Origin: Podarcis gaigeae
Taxonomy: Eukaryota
Strand: one strand, 5' to 3'
Length of the DNA stretch: 64,000 bases
NCBI GenBank assembly: GCA_964106915.2
Contig: OZ066920.1
Shown here: positions 25,960-40,076 of the stretch, piece after piece
Layout of the letters: the number at the start of each line of letters is the position of its first letter
How positions within the stretch are numbered: the first letter of the stretch is position 1
The notes under the pieces: generated by a model
Told to the model about the DNA's origin: nothing
Database searches by the model: none
The model's input: only the letters and a program-made list of their open reading frames with translations
Translations under genes and position numbers: made by a program

Positions 25960-26824
25960 GCTCATTTTAACATAATCTTACAGTACTTTCATATTTGCCT
26001 AGACAATCTGAGTCAGGGATGTGATGGACTGAAAGTTCCATATCCTGTTTAATAGACCCAAGTGATATGGTGAGGCAATCTCATTATCTTCATCTGGAGT
26101 ACTTTAAAAAGTTGGTGCTTTTTTCCTGTGCTTGTAATGTGCATTAATATATGGGGTGTTAATTGCATTAGGAGGATTGCATTCATTATCTATTAATATA
26201 GTCATGTAAGTAGGGTTTATTGCATGTTTTATAAAGCACCCCAGGCTTATCTGCACTTAGGGTAGCAAGGTGCTCACTCAGAGAGGCTACTTTAAATGTT
26301 TCAACAGTGCACGTGCTTATTCATAAGATAATTGCCCTGTGTAGAGGACCACGGTCTCAGACATCCAGCAGTCCCATTTTCTTTTAGTCCACCTTCCTCT
26401 CACACCTGCTATGCTCTGGTGAGTGAATTTTAAAGTGGAAAGGACGGTGGGTGAGACGATTGATTTGCTGTTTTGGGGTGATGAGGGTTTGCTGCTGTTG
26501 TTGCTGTTGGTTTTTTGTATCTTTATTTTAGATCTTGTGATTTATGTAGAAACTGTTCAGTTTGGTTGTGTTTCATGTTTTATTATGAGTTCCATGTTTT
26601 ATTTATTGTTTATGATGACTTTTGTTATGTTGTAGTTATGTATTTTTTTATGTGGTAAGCTACCTTGAGTATGGTCTGAACTGTGGAAAGGAGGCATACA
26701 AATAAAATAATGTATGTGTGTGTTGGCAGAGGAAAACAACAGAAGGCACAGCAGTTTCAGTCTCCCTCAGTATCTCAAGAGCATTTAGGAGGTTTGAGCA
26801 CTTCATGGTAAATTATTTAAATAT

Positions 26825-26912
26825 ATTGGATGCAAAGCCCTGAACAACTCAGGACCTTGTTTTCTGAAAGAACTCCTGTCCCTATATACACCTGGTGGAT
26901 CACTGAGATCTA
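26825..26912 (+). mobile_element. Short L2 LINE ORF2 fragment
   Basis: aaagccctgaacaactcaggacc...ctgaaagaac...cactgagatct resembles the L2 C-terminal KAL..LGP.YLK..L motif. Confidence 0.45.
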
Positions 26913-26914
26913 TT

Positions 26915-27450
26915 CAAAAAAGAATAAGCAAAATTATCAAGGAGTACAAGCAACCCCTTCTATGAAGAAAATTTGCAGCTCTTGGGAATTTTTAGTTTAG
27001 AGAATAGGTGGGTAAGAGGTGACATGACAGAAGTGTATACAATTATGCAAAACACTAGAACGCAGGGACATCCAGTGAAGCTGAACGCTGGGAGATTCAG
27101 AACAGATAAAAGGAACAAGCAGTGCATAGTTAGATGAAGGAACACAAGCCCACAGGAGGCAGTGATGACCACTCAGATGGCTTTAAAAGAGCATTAGACA
27201 AATTCATGGAGGAAAGGGCTATTGAAGGCTATTGCCCATAATGGTTATGCTCTGCCTCCACAGTTAGAGGCAGTAATGCTTTTGAATACCAGTTGCTGGA
27301 ATCCACGGGATGGGAGGGTGCTTTTGAGCTCAGGTCCTATTTGTAGGTTTCCCACAGGTGTCTGGTTGACCACTCAACCAGGATGCTGAACTGCATGGGC
27401 TGTTGGCCTCATCCAGCAGGTTCTTCTTATGAAATCATATTATGTTCTTA
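26915..27450 (+). mobile_element. CR1 LINE 3' fragment, older family with TTCTTATG-type tail
   Basis: Degraded LGxFSLExRxxRGDMxEVY, TRxxGHPxKL, DGFKRxLDKFME motifs, then 3' UTR and ttcttatg tail. Confidence 0.8.
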
Positions 27451-28782
27451 TAAAGTCACAATGTTTTGCTGCTGATTCAGGGCTTGGAAACGGTGTCGTG
27501 GACCACTATGGAACATACACTGGGTCAAGAGTCTATGTGTTGGCTATCTTTTCACTTAACAATTCCTAGATTACTTATCTAATTTTTTCTTGTTCTCTAA
27601 CCACAGGATCTGGAAAGAATGGTTCTCAAAATTTGCCCCTCTGATATCACTTATGATGCTTTTAATCTACCATTATTTGTTTAATGAAGATAGAATAGCA
27701 ATATATGGACAGTGGGAACAGGTGTGGCTTTTTTGGCTCAAAGATTTTTATACAGGTCAACCCCTTACACAACACCTGAGTGTCAGCAGAAAACTGACAC
27801 TAAAATGATCCAAATACATGCGTCACATACTTTGACTCCCACACTTATAATCCATTCGGTAAAATACTTCTTTCACAAATCTACAGAGTATTAAACTCTC
27901 GAATGCTGCTACCATTCACAACTCTAAAGGCATGATGGGGAGGAAATCAGATGATACTTTATGGGAAGAAGTGATGAGCAACTCTCAGCTCTTCAAGGCA
28001 GGAGGAGGAAGCAAACACTGAACTCAGTCTTGACACTCATTCCTACTTGAATGGCACATTCCAATACTTGAGATTTGCTTGAAATTGAGAATGGCGATTT
28101 CTAAAAGGAGAGATTGTCATTCTACACCCACTTTCACCTTTTCTCATGTGGCCGTCCTTGGCTTGGAGCCACATAGCAATTCATGTCTTCTGTTCACGTC
28201 ACTTCACAGCACCCACCCACCCACCCAATGGTGTTCTGAGGAAGGGCTGGTTGTGTTGTCACACCCTGCAACTGCAGCACCACATGGTGCAATTAAGTAG
28301 GTGGAGAGAGAACTTTTAATCTTGTTGGGAACCATCATCATCAGGAGCAGCTCATTGTGTATATGGGCTTTAATAAAGGGAAGGTTAGCTTTGGCTTTTT
28401 TTTTTTTTCATTCCTGCCATTTGTTCATTCAAAAAATTCCAAGCTGATTTTCTTCCCCTAGCTCCCCATGAATGAGAATGCAACCAGGGAGGCTTGTTTT
28501 CAGCAAACAGCAGGAAGAGAAAGAGGCAGCAGTCCTTTGCACTTCCAGTTACAACCTCCGAGTCTGCTTTTTGAGTTAAGAGGAAAAGCTCACCTGAAGA
28601 TTGTTGTTGTGTATTATCTCCTGTACAATAACTAAGCTGACTCTTATTGAAGTCTTGTTTCCCCAAAATACTATAGTGTTTTCTCAAATATGATATTTTG
28701 CAGCCAAGATTATGGTGTCCTTTGGTATTAGTTGATATTACATACTTTCTAGTATTTTGGTGGGTTTCTCTATACCAATATT

Positions 28783-28845
28783 CATAGAACCATAGAGTTG
28801 GAAGGGACCACGGCCCTGAGATTAAGAGTCTCATGCTCTACTAAG
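28783..28845 (-). mobile_element. Internally deleted tRNA-Lys(CTT)-derived SINE with CR1-type tail
   Basis: Minus strand GTAGAGCATGAGACTCTTAATCTCAGGGCCGTGG (tRNA-Lys D and anticodon arms) fused to TCCCTTCCAACTCTATGGTTCTATG (CR1 3' end). Not a complete tRNA. Confidence 0.75.
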
Positions 28846-29347
28846 ATATATTGACAATCATTGTCACTGAAAATGTTGTGTTTTACAGCATTTCCCCAAT
28901 TAGTTTAGCCAGTTAGTCAAGGCTAGAAGTTCTGATGTATGTATAATATTTTAGTATTCTTGATATTGCTTGCTCACCTTTGGCCTGAATCTCTTCCATT
29001 GTATTACTTTTAATTCCTGCTTCTTCTCCCCAAAATTAATTAAATTTGTATATTATTTAAGTATTGAATTAGAACTGTTAGGGGAGAAGGGAAAGAGAAC
29101 CCTGGTTACGCATTCCTTTAATAATGCAACTTTACCAAATCAACATGGAGTTAATTAGGACCAGGTTTCTTAATTCTTCCTAATTTTGTGTGTGTGTAAG
29201 GGTTGGTAACTGTCTTTAATAACTCACTGAAATTAGAAGAAATATTTTAAAATAAATATAATTAATTCTCCTTTGTTTCCAGGGCATAGAATTTAGTTAT
29301 CATTTCATTTTCTTTACTAGATGTGTAGTCTGACCCATAATTTTCCA

Positions 29348-29665
29348 ACCCCCATCGTTTAGCCCAAACACTGAGGTCCAGCGCCGAGGGCCTTGTGTCA
29401 GTTCCCTCACTGCAAGAAATGAGGTTACAGGGAACCAGGCAGAGGGCCTTCTTGGTAGTGGCCCCTGCCCTGTGGAACGCCCTCCCATCAGATGTCAAGG
29501 CAGTAAGTGACTATGTTATTTTTAAAAGACATCTGAAGGCAGCCCTGTTTAGGGAAGTTTTTAATGTTTAATGCTGCATTGTGTTTTTAATATTCAGTTG
29601 GGAGCCACCCAGAGTGGCTGGGGAAACCCAGCCAGATGGGCGGGGTATAAATAAATTATTATTAT
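29348..29665 (+). mobile_element. L2 LINE 3' end
   Basis: ORF2 C-terminus RAFLVVAPALWNALP..., FKRHLKAALF; 3' UTR ccagagtggctggggaaacccagccagatgggcggggtataaataaa(tta)n. Confidence 0.85.
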
Positions 29666-30382
29666 TTCTATATTTTTTTCACTATACCTTTATTTGCCTG
29701 AAGGATAGTATTAGTTTAGCCAATGAGATAACAATGCCATTAGTCTATAATAGTATTTATGCTTCATATTCCCAAATCTAGTACCAAATGTCCCAGGATT
29801 TAGCCTTAGTGTTAGGCACAGAATATTGATATGATTAAAGATAAATGTGCCCCTGCCTCCCTTACTCTCTTAGATATAGAAGGAGGGCTAGGGCAGCTCA
29901 GAAGGGCCCTTGCACAAACGCACACTCATGCAATGGTAGAAGGCTGGCGGGACAGTTTAAAACCCACTGCCGCTACACAGCAGACGGATTGAAGAAAAGG
30001 AAGTACGAATTAGTCTTGTAGTCAACTGCTAACCTTGACCAATCATGGCTAAGAGCAGCTAGGAGCTGGTTGGAATCATAGATCTTTAAAAAGTGTAGAC
30101 ACACTGGGCAGCTACCATTTTGACTTGAAATGTTAGTTTGGGGCTTCTCAGAAATATGTAAAGGCATGAAGTGGGGGGGGGGGGAGAGTGCCAGCCCACA
30201 ATGGCGCCCACCTGAGAGGTGCCAGAACTTCACTACAGCACACTCCAGCTGAAAAATAGCACTGAATATCATTAACAATTAACGAAAGTAAAAACTACAC
30301 ATTTTATGTTCCCTGTTACAACAATTTTTGGATATAGAGCTATTGCTGATTTGTTTTACTAATGTTATTTCATTTATATATG

Positions 30383-30565
30383 NNNNNNNNNNNNNNNNNN
30401 NNNNNNNNNNNNNNNNNNNNNNNNNNNNNNNNNNNNNNNNNNNNNNNNNNNNNNNNNNNNNNNNNNNNNNNNNNNNNNNNNNNNNNNNNNNNNNNNNNNN
30501 NNNNNNNNNNNNNNNNNNNNNNNNNNNNNNNNNNNNNNNNNNNNNNNNNNNNNNNNNNNNNNNNN
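30383..30565. other. Assembly gap (183 N)
   Basis: Run of N. Confidence 1.
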
Positions 30566-31006
30566 CAAATAAAAAACAAAAACAAGATAAATATAGCATT
30601 TACGTTGACCAGCACCATGGTGCAAAGAACTGAAGCCTGAATGTATTTGATGAAAAGGAGAGCATCAATTTATAATCCCACATAAAATTGTTGACAAAAA
30701 GGGAGCATTGCATCTACAGGCATTCAGAAGGTCAACAATGGAACGTTTTCAAAAGGCAAAGTTCATTGTGCACATGGTAGAAACGCACTACAGAATATGC
30801 AAGATGACTTCACCTGCCATCAGCACTACAAGACATACCACCAAGACATAGAGTAAGAAAGACAACCTATCTGTTCTAGAGATCGTTATACATTGTTAAA
30901 CAATGGCAGTATCAGCATTCAGAAAATCTTTATATTCAGGAAAGTTTCCTATGCATTTTAGAATACTGGGAGATCAAATGGGAAAGCTTAACATTTATGT
31001 GCTCAC

Positions 31007-33430
31007 CTGAGGGATTTCTGCCTCCTCCGTAACCGTGTTAGAATCACCTATGAGTAACACAGGGCCTGGCTTATCAGGAGCCTGTTGTGGTATCAGAGTA
31101 TTGGTACAGCTTCCGATTGGAAAAAGAATCTGGCTTTTCCGAGAGCCTGAAGTCAGTGAAACCTCATGGCAATAAGACTGAAGAAATGCCCGGACTCCAT
31201 CAATCCCCACAAACTGTGAAACTGGTGCACCACTGAAATTCAAACTTGCATTATCAGACAGCTGAGAATTTTTCCACCTGTGAAGTTTGAGTGCCAGTAA
31301 CACAAGGAGGAAGGCGAGGAACAAGCAGGAGACAAAAGCCACTGCAGTCACCAAGTAGAAGGTAAGATCTGACTGTGGGTCTTCAGATATTGGGACACTG
31401 CTCAGATCAGTCAGCATGTCAGGGATGCTGTCAGCCAAGACCACAGTGACAGTGACTGAAGCCGACATTGGAGGCTGCCCATTGTCCTTGACTAAAACCA
31501 CCAGGCTTTGCTTGAGGGCATCTTTCTCCAAAAAGAAGCGGGCCGTCCTGATCTCTCCCGTGTGGAGCCCCAGACTGAAGAGCCCTGGCTCGGTGGCCTT
31601 GATCAGCTGGTAGGAGAGCCAAGCATTCTGGCCCGAGTCTGCATCCACGGCCACCACCTTAGTGACCAGGTAGCCTGGCTCTGAGGAGCGAGGGGCCAGC
31701 TCTATCCCCGTGGAGCCGTCAGTGGGAGGGGAAGGGTAAAGGATTTGGGGAGCATTGTCATTCTGGTCCAGGATGAAGAGAGTGACTGAGACATTGGAGC
31801 TGAGTGGTGGAGAACCTCCATCCTGAGCCTTGACCAGGAACTTCATCTCCCTGATCTCTTCATAGTCAAAAGAACTCAGAGCATAGATGACCCCTGTCTC
31901 AGAGTTAATGGAGAGGTAGGAGGTAATAAGGAATTTGTCCATGTTCCCTTCAATTATGGAATAACTTATTCTGGCATTTTCCTCCCAGTCTGGATCGTTT
32001 GCTTTTAAGGAAAATACTTGAGCTCCTCTTGGATTGTTCTCTGTAAAATAAGCCAAGTAAGATGGTTCTGCAAAAACAGGAGGGTTGTCATTTGTGTCTT
32101 GGATTTGAAGTAGGATAAAAGTTGATACAGAAAGTGGTGGAATTCCATGGTCAGTAGCTGTGATAGTGATGTTGTAGTCCGCTGTGCTCTCTCTGTCAAG
32201 GTTACTGTGTGTCACCAAACTATAAAAGTTATCAAAAGACTGTTTTAATTGGAAAGGGAGCTTACTGGGAATTGAACATGTGACCTCCCCATTGACCCCT
32301 GAATCTTCATCTTGTACGTTTAGAAGGGCAATAACTGTTCCTATTGGTGAATTCTCAGAAATGGTATTGATGAAAAAGGTTATTGATAGTTCAGGTGCAT
32401 TGTCATTAACATCCGTAACAATTATCACAACTTTTGACCAGTCACTCAGCCCTCCTCCATCCTCAGCCTTCACCTCAAAGTCATATGAGGATGATTCCTC
32501 ATAATCAAGGTTTCCCATTAAGGTAATTGTACCAGTTGTTGAGTTTAAAATAAACATTTTGGAATCCTTCTTTGTGATTTTTTTGAATGAATATTTTATC
32601 TCTCCGTTCTGTCCTTCATCCAGATCAGTAGCGCTAACTGTAGCAATGCTGGCCCCGTTCAGAATGTTCTCCTTGATGCTCATTTCATAGATTGGTTTGC
32701 TGAAAACAGGTGCATTGTCATTTGCATCTAAAACAATGACTTGGATGTTAGCAGTGCTGGACCTGACTGGATCGCCTCCATCAGTAGCTGTGAGGATCAG
32801 ATTGAAAACAGCTTGCTCTTCCCGGTCCAGATTTTTCCCCAACACCAGCTCAGCAGATTTGGCACCATTTTCTTCAACTTGCACCTCCAAAGAAAAATGG
32901 CTACTGCCTGTGAGTTGGTAGGTCTGTATAGAATTTATCCCTAGGTCTGGATCCTGAGCTTCAGGCAGAGGGAACCGGGATCCAGCAGTAGATGCCTCAC
33001 TGATTTTCAGTTCCAGTTTCCCCGATGAGAATTGGGGAGCATTATCGTTTATATCAATAATTTCCACTTGAACCCCATAGATCTCTATTTTGCTCTCAAC
33101 TATAACATCAAAACTTAAAACACACCTTTCTGCCCTTCCACAGACTTCCTCTCTGTCTATTCTCTGAGAGGTTTGTAAATGGCCACTGTTGTAATTCAAA
33201 GCAAAATACTGACTCATACCTGTCCTGGTAACAATCCGTAGTCCGTGGTCTGAAATATGATTTCTATCCACTCCTAGATCCTTTGCAATATCCCCCACAA
33301 AAGAGCCTTTCTGCATCTCCTCAGGAATGGAATAATGAATCTTCCCAGAAACTATCTTCCAAGCAAGCACAATTATGAGGCATCGTAAGACCTTTTCTTT
33401 GCAGATCCATAGCTTTTGATTTTCTTTCAT
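31007..33430 (-). CDS. PCDHGA: Protocadherin gamma-A-like variable exon (exon 5)
   Basis: Intact SP-EC1-6-TM-VCD; donor CAG|GTGAGC at 31007/31006. Confidence 0.95.
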
Positions 33431-33632
33431 TATCTTGCAACACTATCAGTTCTAGGACTCAGGAGCTTCTGGGTTTTAAATTAGTGGTTTTTAAAAAAAT
33501 AAAAAATAGAAGTCTCTGTTAACAGTGCCTACAATATCTGTGCAAGTTTGATGCATCAGATATTTTGTGCTTGTGTTTAAGAATACTGCAGCTGGGTTAG
33601 CTGAATATCTGTCTTCCTGTGCCAGATTAGTA

Positions 33633-33667
33633 AACAGCGACACTCAGAGGCTCAACTGAAAACTGGA
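33633..33667 (-). promoter_or_regulatory. Pcdh CSE / CTCF site (CGCT core)
   Basis: Minus strand TCCAGTTTTCAGTTGAGCCTCTGAGTGTCGCTGTT, 203 bp upstream of ATG. Confidence 0.88.
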
Positions 33668-34856
33668 GATTATTTTTCCTACATTGGTAGTCCTGTATTT
33701 GCCATTATAAAACAATTATTTTGCTTTAAGAATGGGCATAACACGAGTATAAATTTTTATAAGTAAAAAATTGCCCTAAAGACACAACATCAAACATTTA
33801 AACTTCAGATAAAATTGTACTTGTGGTTGTTGTCAGCTATTACAATTTTTTTAAAAAAATAGACTGGTGTTTTAGGCATTTATTGACAACTCTGCATAAA
33901 ATAGTGTGTATAAGAGATTATTCACTTATTTTAATAAAATAGGACTAAATTCCATGCATGAACATCAATGTTAATTCATTGGCTTCAAACTTCAAAAGTC
34001 AGGCATCAGAGCCCTGAGAGCTATTTATTCTGATGCTCCACATTAGAATATCCTTCTATCATAGTTCACCAGGTGGAATTACTATATATTAAAGTATATA
34101 GAATTTTTGTCACTGATCTGATGTTTCCATCAGATTTGCCCAGTCTGTAGCCTAGCTACAAAGAAATAAAGGTTACTTTAAAATGTGTAGAATTAGATGT
34201 GGGTCTTTTCTTCCTTACCCTATGTAAATAAAAGCTTAAACGCTTTCAGTGTAGAAATAGTTATGTCCATCTTGGAAGGAAGAAGTTTGTGTTCCAAGCT
34301 ATACAAATAAATCTATACTTATTTGTGCTTCTGAATCGCCCTTTAAGACTTCTGGAGGGAGGATATGCACATGCCCTGTAAGAGAGCTGAAGCTAGGAGC
34401 AGCCGCCATCATGGGCAGTTATCCCTTTGTAAGAAAGGGAGATCACTTATCTCAGCCAGTGAGGATGAAGTTTGGCCATCTCTGTAAGGCCCCGTGCCCT
34501 TAACTGCAAGTCAGGACTGAGGTTTGATTTAAAAATTCAAAACAAACTACACAGTTCCCAAAAGTGTCTGCTTTGGTTCTTTTACTTTATAAAGTACTTG
34601 TTCCTTTCATTTCCCTGAGTTGTTGGCGTTGACAGCCTTTTGGGAAGGCAGCTATGGAGCTGAAGCCAGTGAACAGAGGCAGTCTTCCTCCCATTGTGGC
34701 CAGTAGCCAGGCCAAGGCTCTGATGGCAACCAAGGAAGGAGTGGCACTATTTTTTCATTTTGTGTCATTTATGTAAATTGTGCTGTTTATGTAAAAACCT
34801 AGTACACATCATTTTTATCATTTGATGTTTCTCTGTATTTGCTGTGACTGTGAGAC

Positions 34857-35185
34857 CATACCCTCCAGCATTTCTCTGATGAAAAAAGGAACATTCAGTG
34901 TTATTTTCCTAGAAAAAGAGGTTCTGGAACTCATCATGAATGCCTCCCTTGTTCTCTTGCAATGGCAATGGTGCCCACCTGAGAGGTGCTGGAACTGAGT
35001 TCTGGTGAGTTCTGGCTGAAAAAAAGCCCCTTGGCCATCCCATTCCATGTCCCTCCAACATTTCTTTGATGAAAATAGGAACATCCTAAGGAAAAGTTGG
35101 ACATTCCAGGATCAAATCAGAAACCAGGATGGCTTCTGTAAATTGGGGTCTGTCCCTGGAAAACAGGGATACTTGGCGGGTCTGT
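34857..35185. mobile_element. Cluster of non-autonomous DNA transposon remnants
   Basis: CCCTCCA(G/A)CATTTCT..GATGAAAA repeated at 34861 and 35051; internal segment 34896-35030 shares caatgg.gcccacctgagaggtgc..gaact with 30199-30264. Confidence 0.5.
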
Positions 35186-35791
35186 GAGTCCCTCCAGACA
35201 CCCTGAATAAATTTCTTTTGCACAGAAAAGCATAGTGGAATTTCGTAAATGAGTTGCATTTGCTTTCAATAATCATCTCTTAACATTTTGTTCTAAAATA
35301 TTTATGGAAAATGTTCAGTTAAGACACATGTTTATTTTCCATTTTAAAGGAAACCTTTTTGAGAATATTACCATAGATAGTCTAAAGATTTAGAAGACTA
35401 AATGTGGTAGACAATACCACACTGAATGAATGCCCTGAATTCATGTAATGCAGTTTCCTTTGCCATCAAAGCTCGCTTCAAGCATGAATAGTAAATCGTA
35501 AGTACATGATTGAGACAGTAGTACAAGGATGCATGGCTGGCACCACCACACATATCCCTCTGTGGCTGGTTCCATGGCCTTCCAACTTGTGGTAGATGAC
35601 TGAAGCCTTTTGGGCATCTAGAGGCACCAATTTATGGGAAGTGGAAGCAGCTGAGCACATGTTCTCTGCCAGTGAGGGACCACCATATTCTTCACCAGAG
35701 CACACAAGGCCTTCTTAATGTCACATAACTGAAGCATTACATAGGAACATTGTGTCCCATTGCTGCCACTGCTTGTAGAACCAGCTAAACT

Positions 35792-35939
35792 GGCTGCATA
35801 TGCACACCCACCCACAGAATCCTAGAAACTGTAGGTTGTTAAGGATGTTGGGAATTTTAGCTTTGTGAGGGGTAAAATATGGTTCCCAGGATTCTTTGGG
35901 GAAAGCCACGTGCTTTAAGTGTGTGCTGTGCACACAGCC
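35792..35939. mobile_element. Imperfectly palindromic MITE remnant
   Basis: GGCTGCATATGCAC / GTGCACACAGCC ends and internal agaatcct / aggattct symmetry. Confidence 0.5.
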
Positions 35940-37646
35940 TAAAAGGGAGGGAGAATTTGCTGCTGTTGCTTTCCCTAGTAAGCTCCTTAACCCATTTCTC
36001 AACATTTGTCCTCCTTAGCACTGCAATGTCCCGATTTCCATGGTAAAAAGTTCATTTTGAAAGCTCATTCAGCTCAGCTCTATATTTCATCATGTACAGG
36101 TTCCTATCTGAATTTCAACCTAGCCTTTTCAAGTGGGTAATTTAATATGACCTGATGAAGTGAGTGATTGAACCTTCATTGCTGTTTAGTGTTGGAGCCT
36201 GGACCACTGGAGAATCCTTCAGTGAATGCTTTCTTAGATTCACCTGTCACACAACAATGTGGAAATCATTGGACCAAAAAGTACCAACAAAGGAGCTTCT
36301 GTGTGCATGTGTATAACATTGAGCCAACATAGATTAAGATCATGAAATTAATAACTGCTATGTGATCTAAATACAGAAACTTGACGTGTACCAGTTTTGA
36401 TTCACCTTATGAAATCCCTAGAACCATGACCACTAAAAAGGAGGAACAGATCAAAGCAAAATTGATTTTTTACAACTATAGCAACTGTAGTTCTAATCTC
36501 AGGACCATAAGATTAAATCAGCGAAAGATTAAATCAAGTTAATGTCTGTTTTACACACTTACTGATTTCAATACCATGTCCTTTTTCTGGATTGCATCTG
36601 CAGTGTGCCAACCTCACTGCTGCATTGCCCCATCATGGTTAAGGGCAGCGACTCACCTGCCAGGAGGTCAGGCTGTCCACCATGCTGTGTCCACTGCTGC
36701 CTGAAGCTATGCATGAATGATTTTAACTCTCCTCATAAGGATGCATTTTCATCACTGAAAATCGTTATTGTCCTTCTCCACACTTTTTTCAGTCATGCTA
36801 TAACTTTTTATAACAACATTATCTTCTTGCATTGCAATGAGCCAACCATTTCAAGGAACTCCAAAATAACTTTATTGAGTTTCATTAGCAAAAGTTGTAC
36901 ATTCCTAAACAAAACTTTATCAGTCGTGCGAAAGCTGTTCTATCATTTGCACGCCCTCTTATCTGCTGAAAATATAAATGTGGGCGAGCGTTCTGCTGTA
37001 GGATCACTGAGTGGTTTGGCTACAAACCTGAGTAGCTTCACAGAAATGTCTGTTCTTGCAGACCATCCATCACTGACAACCGTATTATAAAAGGTTAAAA
37101 AGAAATACTAGGTCACAAAGCTGTGCTGATGTATGTGCCTGTCTATTGCCTTAAATATAGTTCAGATTGTATGCAGCTGACCAGACCTTAGTATTGCTCC
37201 TTTCCCCTCTTCAGCAACCTGCCTTGTGGCAGGCAAATGGAAAAGCCAAGGATCATTGCCAGCCTCCTAAACACTTCTGTGATAGAACAAAGAATATTGG
37301 CCTTCCTGTGACTGTTTCTAACCTGGTCAGAAGGTGGATTTCAATATAAGTTATGCACAATAAAGGTCTTTAGGAACAGTACACAAGTTTCCTTTCAAAA
37401 CAAAATCTGATCCAGCTTTCCGTTATCCTTAGAAAAAAATATGACATAGATCAAAATACATTATTTATTAGAATCAATAAAGTAAGTGCTTCATCATTTA
37501 ATGAAACACCATCTCTCTTTACGTCTTTATTACAGAAAGCATAAACAGATTTTTCCAGAATTTGTTATTTTAGAAATTCTTTTAAATTTCATAAAATAAA
37601 ACCTATAGAATAATGAGGGTCAAAGTATTGAAATTTATTTACTCAC

Positions 37647-40076
37647 CTGAGGGATTGCTGACTCCTCTGTAACTGTGTTAGAATCACCTATGAGTAACAC
37701 AGGGCCTGGCTTATCAGGAGCCTGTTGTGGTGTCAGAGTATTGGTACAGCTTCCGATTGGGAAAAAAATCTGGCTTTTCCGAGAGCCTGAAGTCAGTGAA
37801 ACCTCATGACAATAAGACTGAAGAAATGCCCGGACTCCGTCAATCCCCACAAACTGTGAAACTGGTGCACCACTGAAATTCAAACTTGCATTATCACACA
37901 GCTGAGAATTTTTCCATCTGCGAAGTCTGAGTGCCAATAACACAAGGAGGAAGGCAAGGAACAAGCAGGAGACAAAAGCCACTGCAGTCACCAAGTAGAA
38001 GGTGAGATCTGACTGTGGGTCTTCAGATACTGGGACACTGCTCAGATCAGTCAGCATGTCAGGGATGCTGTCAGCCAAGACCACAGTGACAGTGACTGAC
38101 GCCGACATTGGAGGCTGCCCATTGTCCTTGACTAAAACCACCAGGCTTTGCTTGAGGGCATCTTTCTCCAGAAAGAAGCGGGCTGTCCTGATCTCTCCTG
38201 TGTGGAGCCCCAGAGTGAAGAGCCCTGGCTCAGTGGCCTTGATCAGCTGGTAGGAGAGCCAGGCATTCTGGCCAGAGTCCGCATCCACGGCCACCACCTT
38301 AGTGACCAGGTAGCCTGGCTCAGAGGAGCGAGGGGCCAGCTCTATCCCTGTGGAGTCGTCGGTGGGAGGGGAGGGGTAAAGGATTTGGGGAGCATTGTCA
38401 TTCTGGTCCAGGATGAAGAGAGTCACTGAGACGTTGGAGCTGAGTGGTGGAGAACCTCCATCCTGGGCCCTTACATGGAACTTAATCTCCCGAAACTCTT
38501 CATAATCAAAGGTTCTCAAGGCATAGCCAACCCCTGTTTCCGAATTAATGGAAAGGTAGGAAGAGAGTGAGGAATCAAACATTTGACTTTCAATGATGGA
38601 ATAGGTTGTTTTTGAATTTTCCCCCCAGTCTGGATCCTCTGTTTTCAGAGAAAATATAGAGTCCCCTCTCTGGTTGTTCTCTACAAGGTAAAAAGTGTAT
38701 TCTGGTTGCATAAAGTATGGAGCATTGTCATTCTTGTCTAAAACCTGAAGGAGGATTAAGGTGGTTGATGAAAGAGGTGGCATCCCGTGATCTGAGGCTG
38801 TGATGGTGATGTTGTAGGCTGCTACTTGCTCCCTGTCCAGTGGTCTAGCAATGACCATAGTGTAATAGTTAGCATTTGCTTTTGTTAATTGGAAAGGGAT
38901 ATTACTCGGAATAGAGCATATGACTTTCCCATTCTCTCCAGAATCATCATCGTGCACGTTTATCAAGGCAATGGCAGTTCCTGCTTGAGAATCCTCAGGA
39001 ACTGAATTGGCAAGTGATCTGACAGCTATTTCAGGTGCGTTGTCATTAACATCACTTACAAAAATCACGGCTTTTGATATATTAAATAGTCCTCCCCCAT
39101 CAATGCCTTGAATCTCTATTTCATACAGTGTAGATTCTTCATAATCCAGCTTCCCCACAAGAATAATTTCACCTGTCTCTGAGTTTATGTGGAAGTTCTG
39201 AGAAGCTGTGTCAGATATTTTTCTGAAGGAGTATGTTATTTCTCTGTTGATTCCTTCATCCAGGTCAGTGGCTTTTACTGTGACTACTGTATAGCCTGTG
39301 GGCACATTTTCTGCAATGGTCACTTTGTATACAGGTTGGCTAAAGATGGGTGCATTGTCATTTGCATCAAGGACAATAATATGGATTTCGGTTGTTCCAG
39401 ATTTGGGTGGATCCCCCCCATCAAAGGCGGTGAGAATAAGATCATGCACATTTTGTTCTTCTCGGTCCAGTGATGTTTCCAGTACAATCTCTGCATATAT
39501 TGCACTATCCAATCCAGTTTGCACATCCAGAGAAAAGTGTTTGTTTGCACTGAGTTTATAATTCTGGACAGAATTCATCCCTAAATCTGGATCCTGGGCA
39601 TCTTCCAGACGGAATTGTGTCCCACCTTCAGTTATCTCACTGATTTTTATCTGGAGTTGAGCTGATTTGAAGCTTGGAGCATTGTCGTTGACATCAATTA
39701 TTTCTACTTCAATTGTATAAATCTTCATTGCATCTTCTATAATAACTTCACAATTAAAGAGACATCTTTGTATCTGGGGACAGGTCTGCTCTCTGTCCAG
39801 TCTTTCCTTAATGTATAAATGGCCATTCTTATTGTTTAAAGCAAAATATTCCATCTTACCTCTGCAAACAAAGCTGACTCCAGAATGTGAGAAATCCTTT
39901 ATATCCAGTCTAAGATCCTTTGCAATATTCCCCACAAAGGAACCTTTTGGCATTTCCTCAGGAACTGAATAATGAATCTGTTCAGTAGCAGTCTCACATG
40001 CGATGCAAAAAAATATGATGGGAATGAAAGCTGTGTCCTTGTAGAACCTAAGACAGAAATGTGTTGCAATAGCCAT
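37647..40076 (-). CDS. PCDHGA: Protocadherin gamma-A-like variable exon (exon 6)
   Basis: Intact SP-EC1-6-TM-VCD; donor CAG|GTGAGT at 37647/37646. Confidence 0.95.

Noticed and set aside
28808-28842. tRNA-Lys(CTT) gene
   Set aside because: No T arm or acceptor stem; fused to a CR1 tail, so a SINE fragment.
30279-30640. ORFs spanning the N run
   Set aside because: Artefacts of the gap.
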